From an uncultured Chloroflexia bacterium (lineage in GTDB: Bacteria; Chloroflexota; Limnocylindria; Limnocylindrales; CSP1-4), in the NCBI GenBank assembly GCA_963725745.1, contig CAVRZS010000005.1, forward strand, positions 25,698 to 89,697: a stretch of 64,000 bases of DNA, read 5' to 3'. Positions 17,152 through 25,615 of the stretch are shown here, piece by piece; position 1 is the stretch's first letter; the number at the start of each line of letters is the position of its first letter. Made by a program: the position numbers and the translations under genes. Below the pieces are notes generated by a model. The model was not told where the DNA came from and ran no database searches. It saw only the letters and a program-made list of their open reading frames with translations.

Positions 17152-19071
17152 TTACTGGCTGCTCACCGTCCCGCCGTTGGTGACGGTGAGGTTCGACGTC
17201 TCATGGCAGCTCACCGCGATGTCGCGCTGGCCGCTGTTGGTGCTGTCGTACTCGACCGACCACGCGTAATTGTTCGTCGCGGTCGCCGTCACGTTCTGGT
17301 TGTTCGTGGAAACCGTCTGCGGCGAGGCGCCGGAGACGGCCTTGTCCTCGCTGTAGATCGACGAGCCCGTGCAGGTGCTCGAGGCATACAGCTTGAACTT
17401 GACGGTTCCGGCGAGGTTGCCGCCAGCCGTTGCCGACACGGTCGCAGAGTCGTTCGGCAGCCAGGCCTGTGCCGTCGAGAGCGACGACGGCACGGTCGTG
17501 ACGACGACGTCCTCGTTGGTGTCAGCGCATGTCGCGTTGTGCGTTGTACCGCTGTTGTTCGGCAGGTTGCCGCTATAGACGGCCACCCAGTGGTAGGTTC
17601 CTGCGGCGGCCGGGGTGAACTGTGGGTCCGGGCTGTTGTATGGCCCGTTGCCGCTTACCGCGACGGCCGCTGACGTGTACGCCAAGGTGGTGCAGTTGTT
17701 CGGACCGTACAGCTTGAACGTGATGGTCCCCCCGGCGGCTGCTCCTCCGGTGCCCGTCAGGTTGATGACAGGGTTGGCCGGCTGCGTGGCGGTGCCACCC
17801 AGCGTTGCCGTGTCGGACACGCTGTTGCCAAGGATCACGTCGGCGCCGGCCGACGTCGACAAGGTGGGCGTTACCGGATTGACGGTGAAGCACTCGGTGG
17901 CCGAGGAGTCACTCGAGCTCGGGATCCCATTGGCGGAGTCGCCGCTGAACACGGCGCGCCAGCAATAGCGGCCGGCCGACGTCACATACGCGGTCGGGGA
18001 CTGCACCGTGACCGGATACGCAGTACCTGAGAGGTTGGTGGAGCCGACCGATGTGCCGCCAGTGGCGCAGAGCCCCGGAGCGTCGACCTTGCACAGGGAG
18101 AAGGCCACCGAGCCGGCCGGCGTGGCGGAGCCACCGGTGAGGCTCACGACGGCCGAGTCCGCGACGGCGAGGACACCGGTGCCGATGGAAGCGCCTCCGG
18201 CCGGAACGTTCCCAGCCGAGCCGCCCGTGACGACCTTAGGGGTAGTCCCCGTTGTCGAGGTGCAGTTCGTGATCGGCGGCGTGGTGGTGAGGATCGTGTC
18301 CTTATAGTCGGCCGTGTCGGAGTTGCCTGTCACGGTGCTCGGAACCGTGTTGGCGAACGACTTGCAGGCGGTGCTACCGCCGAAGATCGTCGCAGTCAGG
18401 TCCACAGCGGCTTCACCCATGAAACCATCGGAGCTGTACGCCGCCTGCGACGTGTTTGCGTCGAGCAGCGTCGCCGGACCGAGGGTCAGGTTCGGTGCCG
18501 TGCCGGACCAGGTCCGAAGGTACAGGTTGAGGCTATTGCCCTGCTGGTCCCACAGGATCATGAAGTCGCCTGCGGTCCGGTTGGCCCACGGGTTGCAGTT
18601 CGCGATCAGCTCGGCGTCGGTGGCGGTGCCATAGGCGCAGCCTGCGGGGGGCGCGTTCTTCATGAACTCGTAGGCAATGAAGCCGCTGCCGCTGTTGGCA
18701 TCGCGCTCCCAGGCGAAGTAGAGCCAATCGTGCTGAGTCGATGTGTCTCGCTCGGTGTCAAGCCACGCGCGGCGGAGGTCCACCTGGGCGTTCGGATTCG
18801 TCAGGCCGAGCGTTGGCACGGCATCGCTGTGGATGACGCCGATCTTCGTGGTGTTCGAGTTGAGCGGCCCGAGCTCCTTGACGTTGCCGGACAAGTCGGG
18901 CAGTTCGGTCGTGTTGGCATCGGGGATCGTGCCGTCGATCGTATAGGGGCCGTCGGCCGCCAGGGCGAACGGTGTGGTGATGATTGCGCTCGCGAGCACA
19001 AGTGCTGCGCTCGCAAAGGCAACAAGCCTCCGCCGAGCTTGTCGCGGCGGTTGGACCGCGCGATTTCTCAC
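17152..19071 (-). CDS. Secreted protein: unrecognised N-terminal domain plus three Cys-containing Ig-like (Big_3_5-type) repeats
   Basis: GTG at 19071 follows GGGAGGGAG by 5 nt (alternative ATGs at 19107 and 19173). Signal peptide RRRLVAFASAALVLASAIITTPFALA-ADG. Three repeats of the pattern G(T/S)V.F.LY....C.........V.(G)....S......AG.Y.W.A.YSG(D/N)....S.....C..E.(V/F)TV. No LPXTG motif. Confidence 0.8.
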   Translation of the reverse strand: MRNRAVQPPRQARRRLVAFASAALVLASAIITTPFALAADGPYTIDGTIPDANTTELPDLSGNVKELGPLNSNTTKIGVIHSDAVPTLGLTNPNAQVDLRRAWLDTERDTSTQHDWLYFAWERDANSGSGFIAYEFMKNAPPAGCAYGTATDAELIANCNPWANRTAGDFMILWDQQGNSLNLYLRTWSGTAPNLTLGPATLLDANTSQAAYSSDGFMGEAAVDLTATIFGGSTACKSFANTVPSTVTGNSDTADYKDTILTTTPPITNCTSTTGTTPKVVTGGSAGNVPAGGASIGTGVLAVADSAVVSLTGGSATPAGSVAFSLCKVDAPGLCATGGTSVGSTNLSGTAYPVTVQSPTAYVTSAGRYCWRAVFSGDSANGIPSSSDSSATECFTVNPVTPTLSTSAGADVILGNSVSDTATLGGTATQPANPVINLTGTGGAAAGGTITFKLYGPNNCTTLAYTSAAVAVSGNGPYNSPDPQFTPAAAGTYHWVAVYSGNLPNNSGTTHNATCADTNEDVVVTTVPSSLSTAQAWLPNDSATVSATAGGNLAGTVKFKLYASSTCTGSSIYSEDKAVSGASPQTVSTNNQNVTATATNNYAWSVEYDSTNSGQRDIAVSCHETSNLTVTNGGTVSSQ

Positions 19072-19612
19072 GATGTCTCCCTCCCGTGGATATTGATGCG
19101 TCGTCATGTATGGCCGCCCTGTATGGCAGCCGACGAAACTGGCCGAATGTCTCGCCTCGATGGATGAGTGCATCCGATGTCGACAGGCCTTTCAGTCTTC
19201 TCGACACGGCGATCCGGACCGGGTTGCCCCCTGACTCGGCTTGTGGCTCAGAGCGTCATCGTCCAGACCGAAGGGCAGTCGACGCAGTAGGCAGACGCGC
19301 ACAGAAGGTCGACCGGCGAACCGATCCGGGCAACTGAAGGCACGGTCATTGGTGAAGACCGGACTCTCCGAAACGCCTAGACCACAGGCGATGACCCTTC
19401 TTCCCCCGGTTGGAAGAAGTGGATGCGACTCGCTCCCCAGCGGCTCGCCGCTCCTCGCACCGGCTGCGTCCCCTGTCGCGTGCCGGGATCGGGAGTGTGG
19501 TTTAGCAGTACGAAAGTACCCCGGTCAATGGGTACGGGAGCCCTGTCACCGAAAGCCGTTGCATCGGGTCAACGGTGCGCTGTCACTAGGACTCCCCGTA
19601 CCACGTGTCCAG

Positions 19613-20111
19613 CGACCTCCGTCTGCGCCTCAGGCCAGCGCCAGCGCTCCGAGGTGCTCGGTCAGGCGCAGGTTCTCGCGGTAGTCGATCGGGACCTCGA
19701 CCAGCGACGGCCCGTCGACGTCGAGCGCCCGACCCAGTGTCGGCCGCAGGTCGGCGGCGGACGCCGGCCGGAACGCGGCCATCCCGAACGACTCAGCGAG
19801 GGCCACGAAGTCCGGGTTGCCGAAGTCGACCCCGAACGGGCGCCCGAACTCGTTGCGTTGCTTCCAGTCGATCAGGCCGTAGCCGTCGTCACGCCACACC
19901 ACGACGGTCACCCGCACCCCGAGCCGGACCGCCGTCTCGAGCTCCTGGACGTTCATCAGCAGGCCGCCGTCGCCGCACAGCGCGACCACGTGACGATCCG
20001 GGTGCACGAGGGCGGCCGCGATCGCCCCCGGCAGCGCGATGCCCATCGAGGCGAAGCCGTTGGAGATGATCACGGTGTTCGGCTCGTAGGCCTGGTACAG
20101 CCGGGCCACCC
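19613..20111. repeat. Direct repeat copy B (499 bp), continuous with the intact TPP-enzyme gene
   Basis: See copy A. The offset between copies is 3152 bp. Confidence 0.9.
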
Positions 20112-21327
20112 AGATCTTGTGGGCGCCGACGTCGCTGACCACGATGTCGCTCGCCGCCATCACCGCGCGGAGGTCGGCGATCGCCTTCTGGGGCCGGATC
20201 GGCCAGCCCTCGTCCGCATCGTAGGCGGCGAGCTCGCGCAGGAGCTCCGACCGCAGGTCGGCGTGCACGAGCACCTCGCGCGACAGGTGGCGCGCGGTCG
20301 CGTCCTTGCCACTGATTCCCCGCGGCAGCAGCGCCCCGAGCAACCGGCGGAGCGTGCCGCCGATGTCGCCGATCAGCTCGACCTCCGGTCGGTAGGCGGC
20401 GTCGACCTCGGCCGGCGTCGTGTCGATGTGCACGATCCGCGTCGTCCCGCCGGGGTTCCAGAGGCCCGGGCCGTATTCGACCGGGTCGTACCCGACCGAG
20501 ATCACGAGGTCGGCGCGATCGAACCCAGAGAGCACGTGATCGCGGGCCTGGAGCCCGACGGCCATAAGCGAGAGGTGCGACCGGTCGTCGATGGCGCCCT
20601 TGCCCATGAACGTGACCGCGACCGGGACGTGGAGCCCGCGGGCGAAGTCCCGCAACTCGGGCGAGGCCCGGCGGCGCAGCACGCCGTTGCCGGCCAGGAT
20701 CAGCGGACGCTCGGCGGCGGCGATCAGGTCGGCGGCCCGCGCGATGGCGTCGTCGGTGGGCTCCGGGAACGCCGCCGCCGCCAGCACCAGCGGCGCCAGC
20801 GCCGGGTCGACCTCGCGCGCCGCGATGTCCTCCGGCAGCTCGATATGGGTTGGACCGGGCTTCTCGAGGCGCGCGACCCGGAACGCCTTGGCGACGATCT
20901 CGGGGATCGCCCCCGGGACCTCGACCCGGGCCGTCCACTTGGTGACGGGCTCGAACATCCGCGGGATGTCGACGTACTGGTGCGATTCCTTGTGCACCTT
21001 GTCGATGCCCGTCTGGCCGGTGATCGCGACCATCGGGGCCCGATCGAGGTAGGCGTCGGCGATGCCCGTGACCAGGTTCGTGGCGCCCGGGCCGAGGGTG
21101 GCCAGGGCGACGGCGGGCCGCCCGGTGAGCCGACCGTAGACGTCGGCCATGAACGCCGCACCCTGTTCGTGGCGCGTGGTGACGTGGCGGACCTGGCGGT
21201 GGTCCGCGAGCGCCTCGAGGATGTCCATCGTCTCCTCGCCGGGCACCGAGAACACCCATTCGCAGCCTTCAGCCGCGAGGCAGTCAACGAGGAGGTGGGC
21301 GGCGGTGCGCCGGTTGCCGGTGATCAC
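19630..21327 (-). CDS. Thiamine-pyrophosphate-dependent enzyme, acetolactate synthase large-subunit-like (function unknown)
   Basis: AAHLLVDCLAAEGCEWVFSVPGEE..RHEQGAAFMADVYGRLTGRP..LGPGATNLVTGIADAYLDRAPMVAITGQ, with a C-terminal GDGG..N TPP motif. The GTG at 21327 overlaps the upstream TGA (GTGA). Confidence 0.85.
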   Translation of the reverse strand: MITGNRRTAAHLLVDCLAAEGCEWVFSVPGEETMDILEALADHRQVRHVTTRHEQGAAFMADVYGRLTGRPAVALATLGPGATNLVTGIADAYLDRAPMVAITGQTGIDKVHKESHQYVDIPRMFEPVTKWTARVEVPGAIPEIVAKAFRVARLEKPGPTHIELPEDIAAREVDPALAPLVLAAAAFPEPTDDAIARAADLIAAAERPLILAGNGVLRRRASPELRDFARGLHVPVAVTFMGKGAIDDRSHLSLMAVGLQARDHVLSGFDRADLVISVGYDPVEYGPGLWNPGGTTRIVHIDTTPAEVDAAYRPEVELIGDIGGTLRRLLGALLPRGISGKDATARHLSREVLVHADLRSELLRELAAYDADEGWPIRPQKAIADLRAVMAASDIVVSDVGAHKIWVARLYQAYEPNTVIISNGFASMGIALPGAIAAALVHPDRHVVALCGDGGLLMNVQELETAVRLGVRVTVVVWRDDGYGLIDWKQRNEFGRPFGVDFGNPDFVALAESFGMAAFRPASAADLRPTLGRALDVDGPSLVEVPIDYRENLRLTEHLGALALA

Positions 21328-23573
21328 ACGGAAAGTGTATGGGCGTCCTCGATGACGATGAGGGCATCGACCGCCACGGCGCCCCACGAGCCGGCGATGA
21401 CGGGGTTGAGGTCCACCTCCACAATGGTGCTATCGGCGTTGAGCAGGTCGCCGAGCGCGACGACGAGGTCGGCGATCGCGCCGGCATCGACGGCGTCGGC
21501 ACCGCGGACGCCACGCAGCAGGGCGGATCCCCGGAGGCCGGCGAGGCTCGCCGCAACCTCGTCGCGGCCCACGGGCGCCAGCATCACCGCGACGTCGTCG
21601 AGCGCCTCGGCCAGGATCCCGCCCAGCCCGACCAGCACCGCCGGTCCGAACACGTCGTCGCGCCGGCCGCCCACGATCAGCTCGACCCCCGTCGCGGCCA
21701 TGGGTTCGACGAGCAGGCCGCGAGGCTCGACGCCGGTACGCGCGGCGGCGGCGATCAGCTCCCCGACCGCCGCTCGGATCGCCGGGTCGTCCGTCACCCC
21801 GAGGGCCACCCCGCCGACGTCGCTCTTGTGGGCCAGCCCGGGAGCGTCCAGCTTGACGGCCACCGGTCCGCCGCCGAGGTCCCGCCAGGCCCGGATCGCC
21901 GCGTCCGGCTGGGCAGCGATCGCCCGCCAGGCCGTCACCGGGATCCCGGCCTCCGCCAGCCGTGCCAGGCTCTCCCGTTCGGACAGCGCGATTCGGGCAC
22001 CCCCGGCGGCGACCCGCGCCAAGGGGTCGAGCACGGTATCGGCGCCCCACGCGATGGCTTCCGCCGCCAGGGCCGGCCAGCCCGGCCGGCGAGGCCCGGA
22101 CTCGAGGCGCCGGGCATGCCGGCGCGACCAGGTCGCGTGCCGCGCGATCGCCGCGAACGCCTCGACCGCCCCCTTGAGCATCGGCATGCCGCCGTGCTCG
22201 TCGAGATAGGCCTTGACCGCGTCGCTGACATCGTTCGACGTCAGCGAGACGTAGACAGGCAGCAGCTCGGGCCGCTCGGCCGTGGCCTCCACCAGCGCCC
22301 GGCTGACGGTGGTGGCGACGTCGACCTCGCTGGGCAGGTCGCGGAACGGGTTGTCGTGGACGACCGCGAGGACGTCGTAGGCGCCCGAGGCCGCCATCGC
22401 CTCGAACGACGCCCGGTAGGCGATGGACTCCTCAGCCGCGCCCCACGGGTCGAGCGGGTTGCCGATGTAGCCCATCGTCGGCAGGTCCCGCAGGATCGCC
22501 TCTCTCGCCTGCGGGGTCACCGGCGGCAGGTCGAGGCCGGTCCGGTGCGCGAGGTCGGCCACCAGCGACGCCTCGCCGGTCGACACCGTCACGACGCCCG
22601 TCCGGCCGCCCCGCATCCGCCGGCCCAGGCGCCCGATCCCGGCGGCGAGCTCCGCCGCCTCGAGCAGCTCGTCGAGGTCGTCGCAGCGGATCACGCCGGC
22701 GGCGTCGAGGGCGGCGGTCGTCACCCGGTCCTCACCCGCCAGGCTGCCGCTGTGGGCGATCGCGGCCGCCTGGGCCTGCGCAGAACGACCCACCTTCACC
22801 GCGAGGATGGGCTTGCCCATGGCCAGCGCCCGGTCGGCCAGGGCGAGGAAGCGCTCGGGTCGCTTGAAGCCCTCGACGAACAGCATGACCGCGTGGGTCT
22901 CGGGGTCGTCGAGGCAGTACGCGAGGTAGTCGCACAGGTCGAGCACGACCTCGGCGCCCACAGACACGATCCGGCTGTAGCCGATGCGCGTGCCGGGTGC
23001 GTGCAGGAAGGCGTCCGTGACGCTGCCCGACTGCGCGAGGCCGGCGACATGACCGCGCGGCAGCCACGGGTTGACGTCGCCGATGTAGGTCGAGCTGTTG
23101 GTCGTCCAGTCGACCGCACCCATGCAGTTGGGCCCCAGCAGCGCGATCCGGTGGCGGATGGCGATGTCCGCGACCGTGCGCTGCATCTCCGCGGCGGCCT
23201 CGCCCCCTTCGACGACGCCGCCACCCGGGATCACGAGGCTCGGGACGCCGGCGTCGGCGGCCTCCTGCGCGAACCGGGCGGCACGCAGCGGGTTGACCGC
23301 AAGGATCGCCGCGTCCGGGCGCTCGGGGAGCGCATGGATCGTCGGGTAGCAGGGTTGCCCGAACGCCTGCTCGTAGTTGGGGTTGACGAAATGGCAGCGG
23401 GTCTCGCTGCCCATCCGGGCCAGGTTGTCGCGCACCGTGAGCGCCAGGGTCGAGCGCGGGCTGGCGCCGATGATCGCGATCGAGCGCGGCGCGAACAGCG
23501 GCCGCAGATCGATGCCACCGGTGCTCGCCGCGGCAGCCGGGGCCGGGGAGGCGACCGGCTCCGGGGACGTCAT
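21324..23573 (-). CDS. ADP-forming acyl-CoA synthetase family protein (CoA-binding plus succinyl-CoA-synthetase-like plus ATP-grasp domains)
   Basis: SIAIIGASPRS CoA-binding start, GPNCMG, HSGSLAG phosphohistidine-loop-like segment, and a C-terminal ATP-grasp region (AVKLDAPGLAHKSDVGGV). Confidence 0.85.
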   Translation of the reverse strand: MTSPEPVASPAPAAAASTGGIDLRPLFAPRSIAIIGASPRSTLALTVRDNLARMGSETRCHFVNPNYEQAFGQPCYPTIHALPERPDAAILAVNPLRAARFAQEAADAGVPSLVIPGGGVVEGGEAAAEMQRTVADIAIRHRIALLGPNCMGAVDWTTNSSTYIGDVNPWLPRGHVAGLAQSGSVTDAFLHAPGTRIGYSRIVSVGAEVVLDLCDYLAYCLDDPETHAVMLFVEGFKRPERFLALADRALAMGKPILAVKVGRSAQAQAAAIAHSGSLAGEDRVTTAALDAAGVIRCDDLDELLEAAELAAGIGRLGRRMRGGRTGVVTVSTGEASLVADLAHRTGLDLPPVTPQAREAILRDLPTMGYIGNPLDPWGAAEESIAYRASFEAMAASGAYDVLAVVHDNPFRDLPSEVDVATTVSRALVEATAERPELLPVYVSLTSNDVSDAVKAYLDEHGGMPMLKGAVEAFAAIARHATWSRRHARRLESGPRRPGWPALAAEAIAWGADTVLDPLARVAAGGARIALSERESLARLAEAGIPVTAWRAIAAQPDAAIRAWRDLGGGPVAVKLDAPGLAHKSDVGGVALGVTDDPAIRAAVGELIAAAARTGVEPRGLLVEPMAATGVELIVGGRRDDVFGPAVLVGLGGILAEALDDVAVMLAPVGRDEVAASLAGLRGSALLRGVRGADAVDAGAIADLVVALGDLLNADSTIVEVDLNPVIAGSWGAVAVDALIVIEDAHTLSV

Positions 23574-23577
23574 GCGA

Positions 23578-24750
23578 TCAGCCGACGACCGCGCCGACGC
23601 CGCGCTTCTCGAGCGCCCGGGCGACGATCAGGCGCTGGATCTCGGAGGTGCCCTCCCACAGGCGGTCGACGCGGAGCTCGCGCAGGTACCGCTCGGCCGG
23701 GAACTCGCGCATGTAGCCGCGGCCGCCGAAGACCTGGACCACCCGGTCCGCGCAGCGCCACGCCGCCTCGGACGCGAACAGCTTGGCGACCGATGCCCTC
23801 GCGTGGACCACCTTCGCGTCCGCCCCCGAGTCCATGAGCCAGGCCGTCTCGCGGGTCAGCAGCCGCGCCGCCGAGGCGTCGGCGGCGGAGTCGGCCAGCG
23901 GGAAGCTCACGCCCTGGAAGTCGTAGATCCGCTGGTCGAACTGGATCCGGCTCGTCGCCCATTCGACGGCCAGCGTGAGCAGGCGCTCCATGGCGCCGCT
24001 GCACCGGGCCCCGATGTGCAGCCGCTCCTCGACGAACCATTCGTTGGTCATCGTGTCGGCCTCCCCCACGCCGCCCAGCAGGGCGTCGTCGGTGACCCGG
24101 ACGTCCCGCAGGGTGAACTGCGGATGCCGGTCGGCGAAGGTGTGCGTGTAGTCGGGGTCGCCGGTCTGGCGCAGACCGGGCGCGTCGTAGTCGACCAGGA
24201 ACAGCGTCGGCCTGCGCTCGTCGCCCTCGATGACGTGGCAGTGGAAGATCATGAAGTCGGTGTCCGACGGCCCGGTGACGAACCACTTCTCGCCGTTGAG
24301 GACCCACTCCCCCGTGGCGGCATCGCGGACGGCGGTCGAGGCGAGCGTGCGGGCGTCCGATCCCTGGCCGGCCTCGGTGATCGCGTAGCTGCCGTTTCGC
24401 TCGCCGCGCAGGCTGGGGTCGAGGTAGCGTCGGCGCTGTTCTGGCGTGCAATGGACGAGCGCGTTGTAGGCGCCCGGGATGAAGCTCCACAGGCCGCCGG
24501 TGGCCTGGCCGAGCTGCTCGTGCACGAGGACCTGCTCGATGGCCGTCCAGCCCTGTCCGCCGGCCGACACCGGGAGGCTGCCGCCGTGCAGGCGAGCATC
24601 GATGGCGAGCCGCTTGAGCTCACGAACGGTCGCATCGGGCAGCCCGTGGTTGCGCTCGAACTCGGCCTCGAGCGGCTGCAGCGCCTCGACGACGTAGGTG
24701 CGCGCGCGATCCCGCAGATCCACCTGGTCGGGCGTGAGCGTGAGGTCCAT
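23578..24750 (-). CDS. Acyl-CoA dehydrogenase
   Basis: 390 aa. YAITEAGQGSDA, GEKWFVTG, and a C-terminal QVFGGRGY..ERYLRELRVDRLWEGTSEIQ are classic ACAD motifs. Confidence 0.9.
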   Translation of the reverse strand: MDLTLTPDQVDLRDRARTYVVEALQPLEAEFERNHGLPDATVRELKRLAIDARLHGGSLPVSAGGQGWTAIEQVLVHEQLGQATGGLWSFIPGAYNALVHCTPEQRRRYLDPSLRGERNGSYAITEAGQGSDARTLASTAVRDAATGEWVLNGEKWFVTGPSDTDFMIFHCHVIEGDERRPTLFLVDYDAPGLRQTGDPDYTHTFADRHPQFTLRDVRVTDDALLGGVGEADTMTNEWFVEERLHIGARCSGAMERLLTLAVEWATSRIQFDQRIYDFQGVSFPLADSAADASAARLLTRETAWLMDSGADAKVVHARASVAKLFASEAAWRCADRVVQVFGGRGYMREFPAERYLRELRVDRLWEGTSEIQRLIVARALEKRGVGAVVG

Positions 24751-24814
24751 CGCGGCTCAGTGTGGGCCACGCCGGTGACGGCGGCCCACGCGGTCGCGGC
24801 GCCCGGGACAGGCG

Positions 24815-25603
24815 TCAGGCGCGGCCGCGGATCGCCCAGGCGCGCGCGATGAGGTCGATCGTCCCCTCGGGGCCCGTGGGCAGGGTCGCGCGCAGCCGCT
24901 CGCGGAGCGCGTCCCGGCGATCGGCCGGCAGCCGGCTGGCATATCCCGGGGCCGGCGCGATGTCGACGGTGAACGGCCGCCAGAAGTCGTCGAAGTCGGC
25001 GAATCGAGTGGGCACGTCGATCGCCATCACGAGCACGTCCGAGAGGCCGGCGTTGATCCATGCCGCCGCCAGCCGGTCCGGCGCGGCGATCGGGAACCGG
25101 ACCCCTTCGTCGAGCTCCCGTGCGGCCGGGTCGAGATCCACGGCGGCATCCCAGAACCGGCGCATCAGCTCCATGCGCCCCGCGTAGTCCCAGACGTACG
25201 CGGCGACGGTTCCGCCCGGCCGCGTGACGCGCCGCGCCTCGATGAGGGCGGCGGGCACGTCAGGGACGAAGTTGATGACGAGGCCTGAGACGACCGCGTC
25301 GGCCTCGGCGGCCTCGAGCGGGAGCGCGTCCGCGCGGCCCACGACGAACGATGCCGCCGGATCGGGGACGCTGGCCCGCGCTGCGGCGACGAAGTCGGGC
25401 GACGGGTCGACGCCGAGGACGCGCCGCGGCTCGGTGCGCCGCACGATCGTCCCCGACAGCGCACCCGTGCCGCAGCCGACGTCGACCCAGCTCGCATCGG
25501 CGGCGATGCCGAGCCACGCAACGAAGACGTCGGCCGCGCGCCGGCTCCAGCGGCCGACGTAGCGCTCGTAGGCGTCGGCGTCCAGCCAGCGGTCAGGCGC
25601 CAT
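24815..25603 (-). CDS. Class I SAM-dependent methyltransferase
   Basis: Motif I VDVGCGTGAL, post-I LGVDPS, and RPGGTVAAYVWD. Confidence 0.8.
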   Translation of the reverse strand: MAPDRWLDADAYERYVGRWSRRAADVFVAWLGIAADASWVDVGCGTGALSGTIVRRTEPRRVLGVDPSPDFVAAARASVPDPAASFVVGRADALPLEAAEADAVVSGLVINFVPDVPAALIEARRVTRPGGTVAAYVWDYAGRMELMRRFWDAAVDLDPAARELDEGVRFPIAAPDRLAAAWINAGLSDVLVMAIDVPTRFADFDDFWRPFTVDIAPAPGYASRLPADRRDALRERLRATLPTGPEGTIDLIARAWAIRGRA

Positions 25604-25615
25604 GGAACACCCCGT

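Larger units (their letters stand above)
16960..19612. other. Lower-GC 2653-bp insertion bracketed by the 499-bp direct repeats; no mobility genes
   Basis: Hand counts of sampled 60-nt lines give 58-65% GC inside versus 72-75% in flanking genes. Contains a single gene with its own RBS and terminator hairpin, plus a 440-bp non-coding stretch. Confidence 0.6.

Noticed and set aside
16960-19612. Classification of the insertion as an IS element, integron cassette or prophage remnant
   Set aside because: No transposase or integrase ORF, terminal inverted repeats or attC-like site were found. Only homology-type 499-bp direct repeats are present, so it is left as type 'other'.
19423-22209. 928-aa plus-strand ORF
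   Set aside because: It is antisense to the TPP-enzyme and CoA-ligase genes. Its composition is Arg/Gly/Pro/Ala/Asp-rich with no motifs, a typical high-GC shadow ORF, whereas the opposite strand carries clear family motifs.
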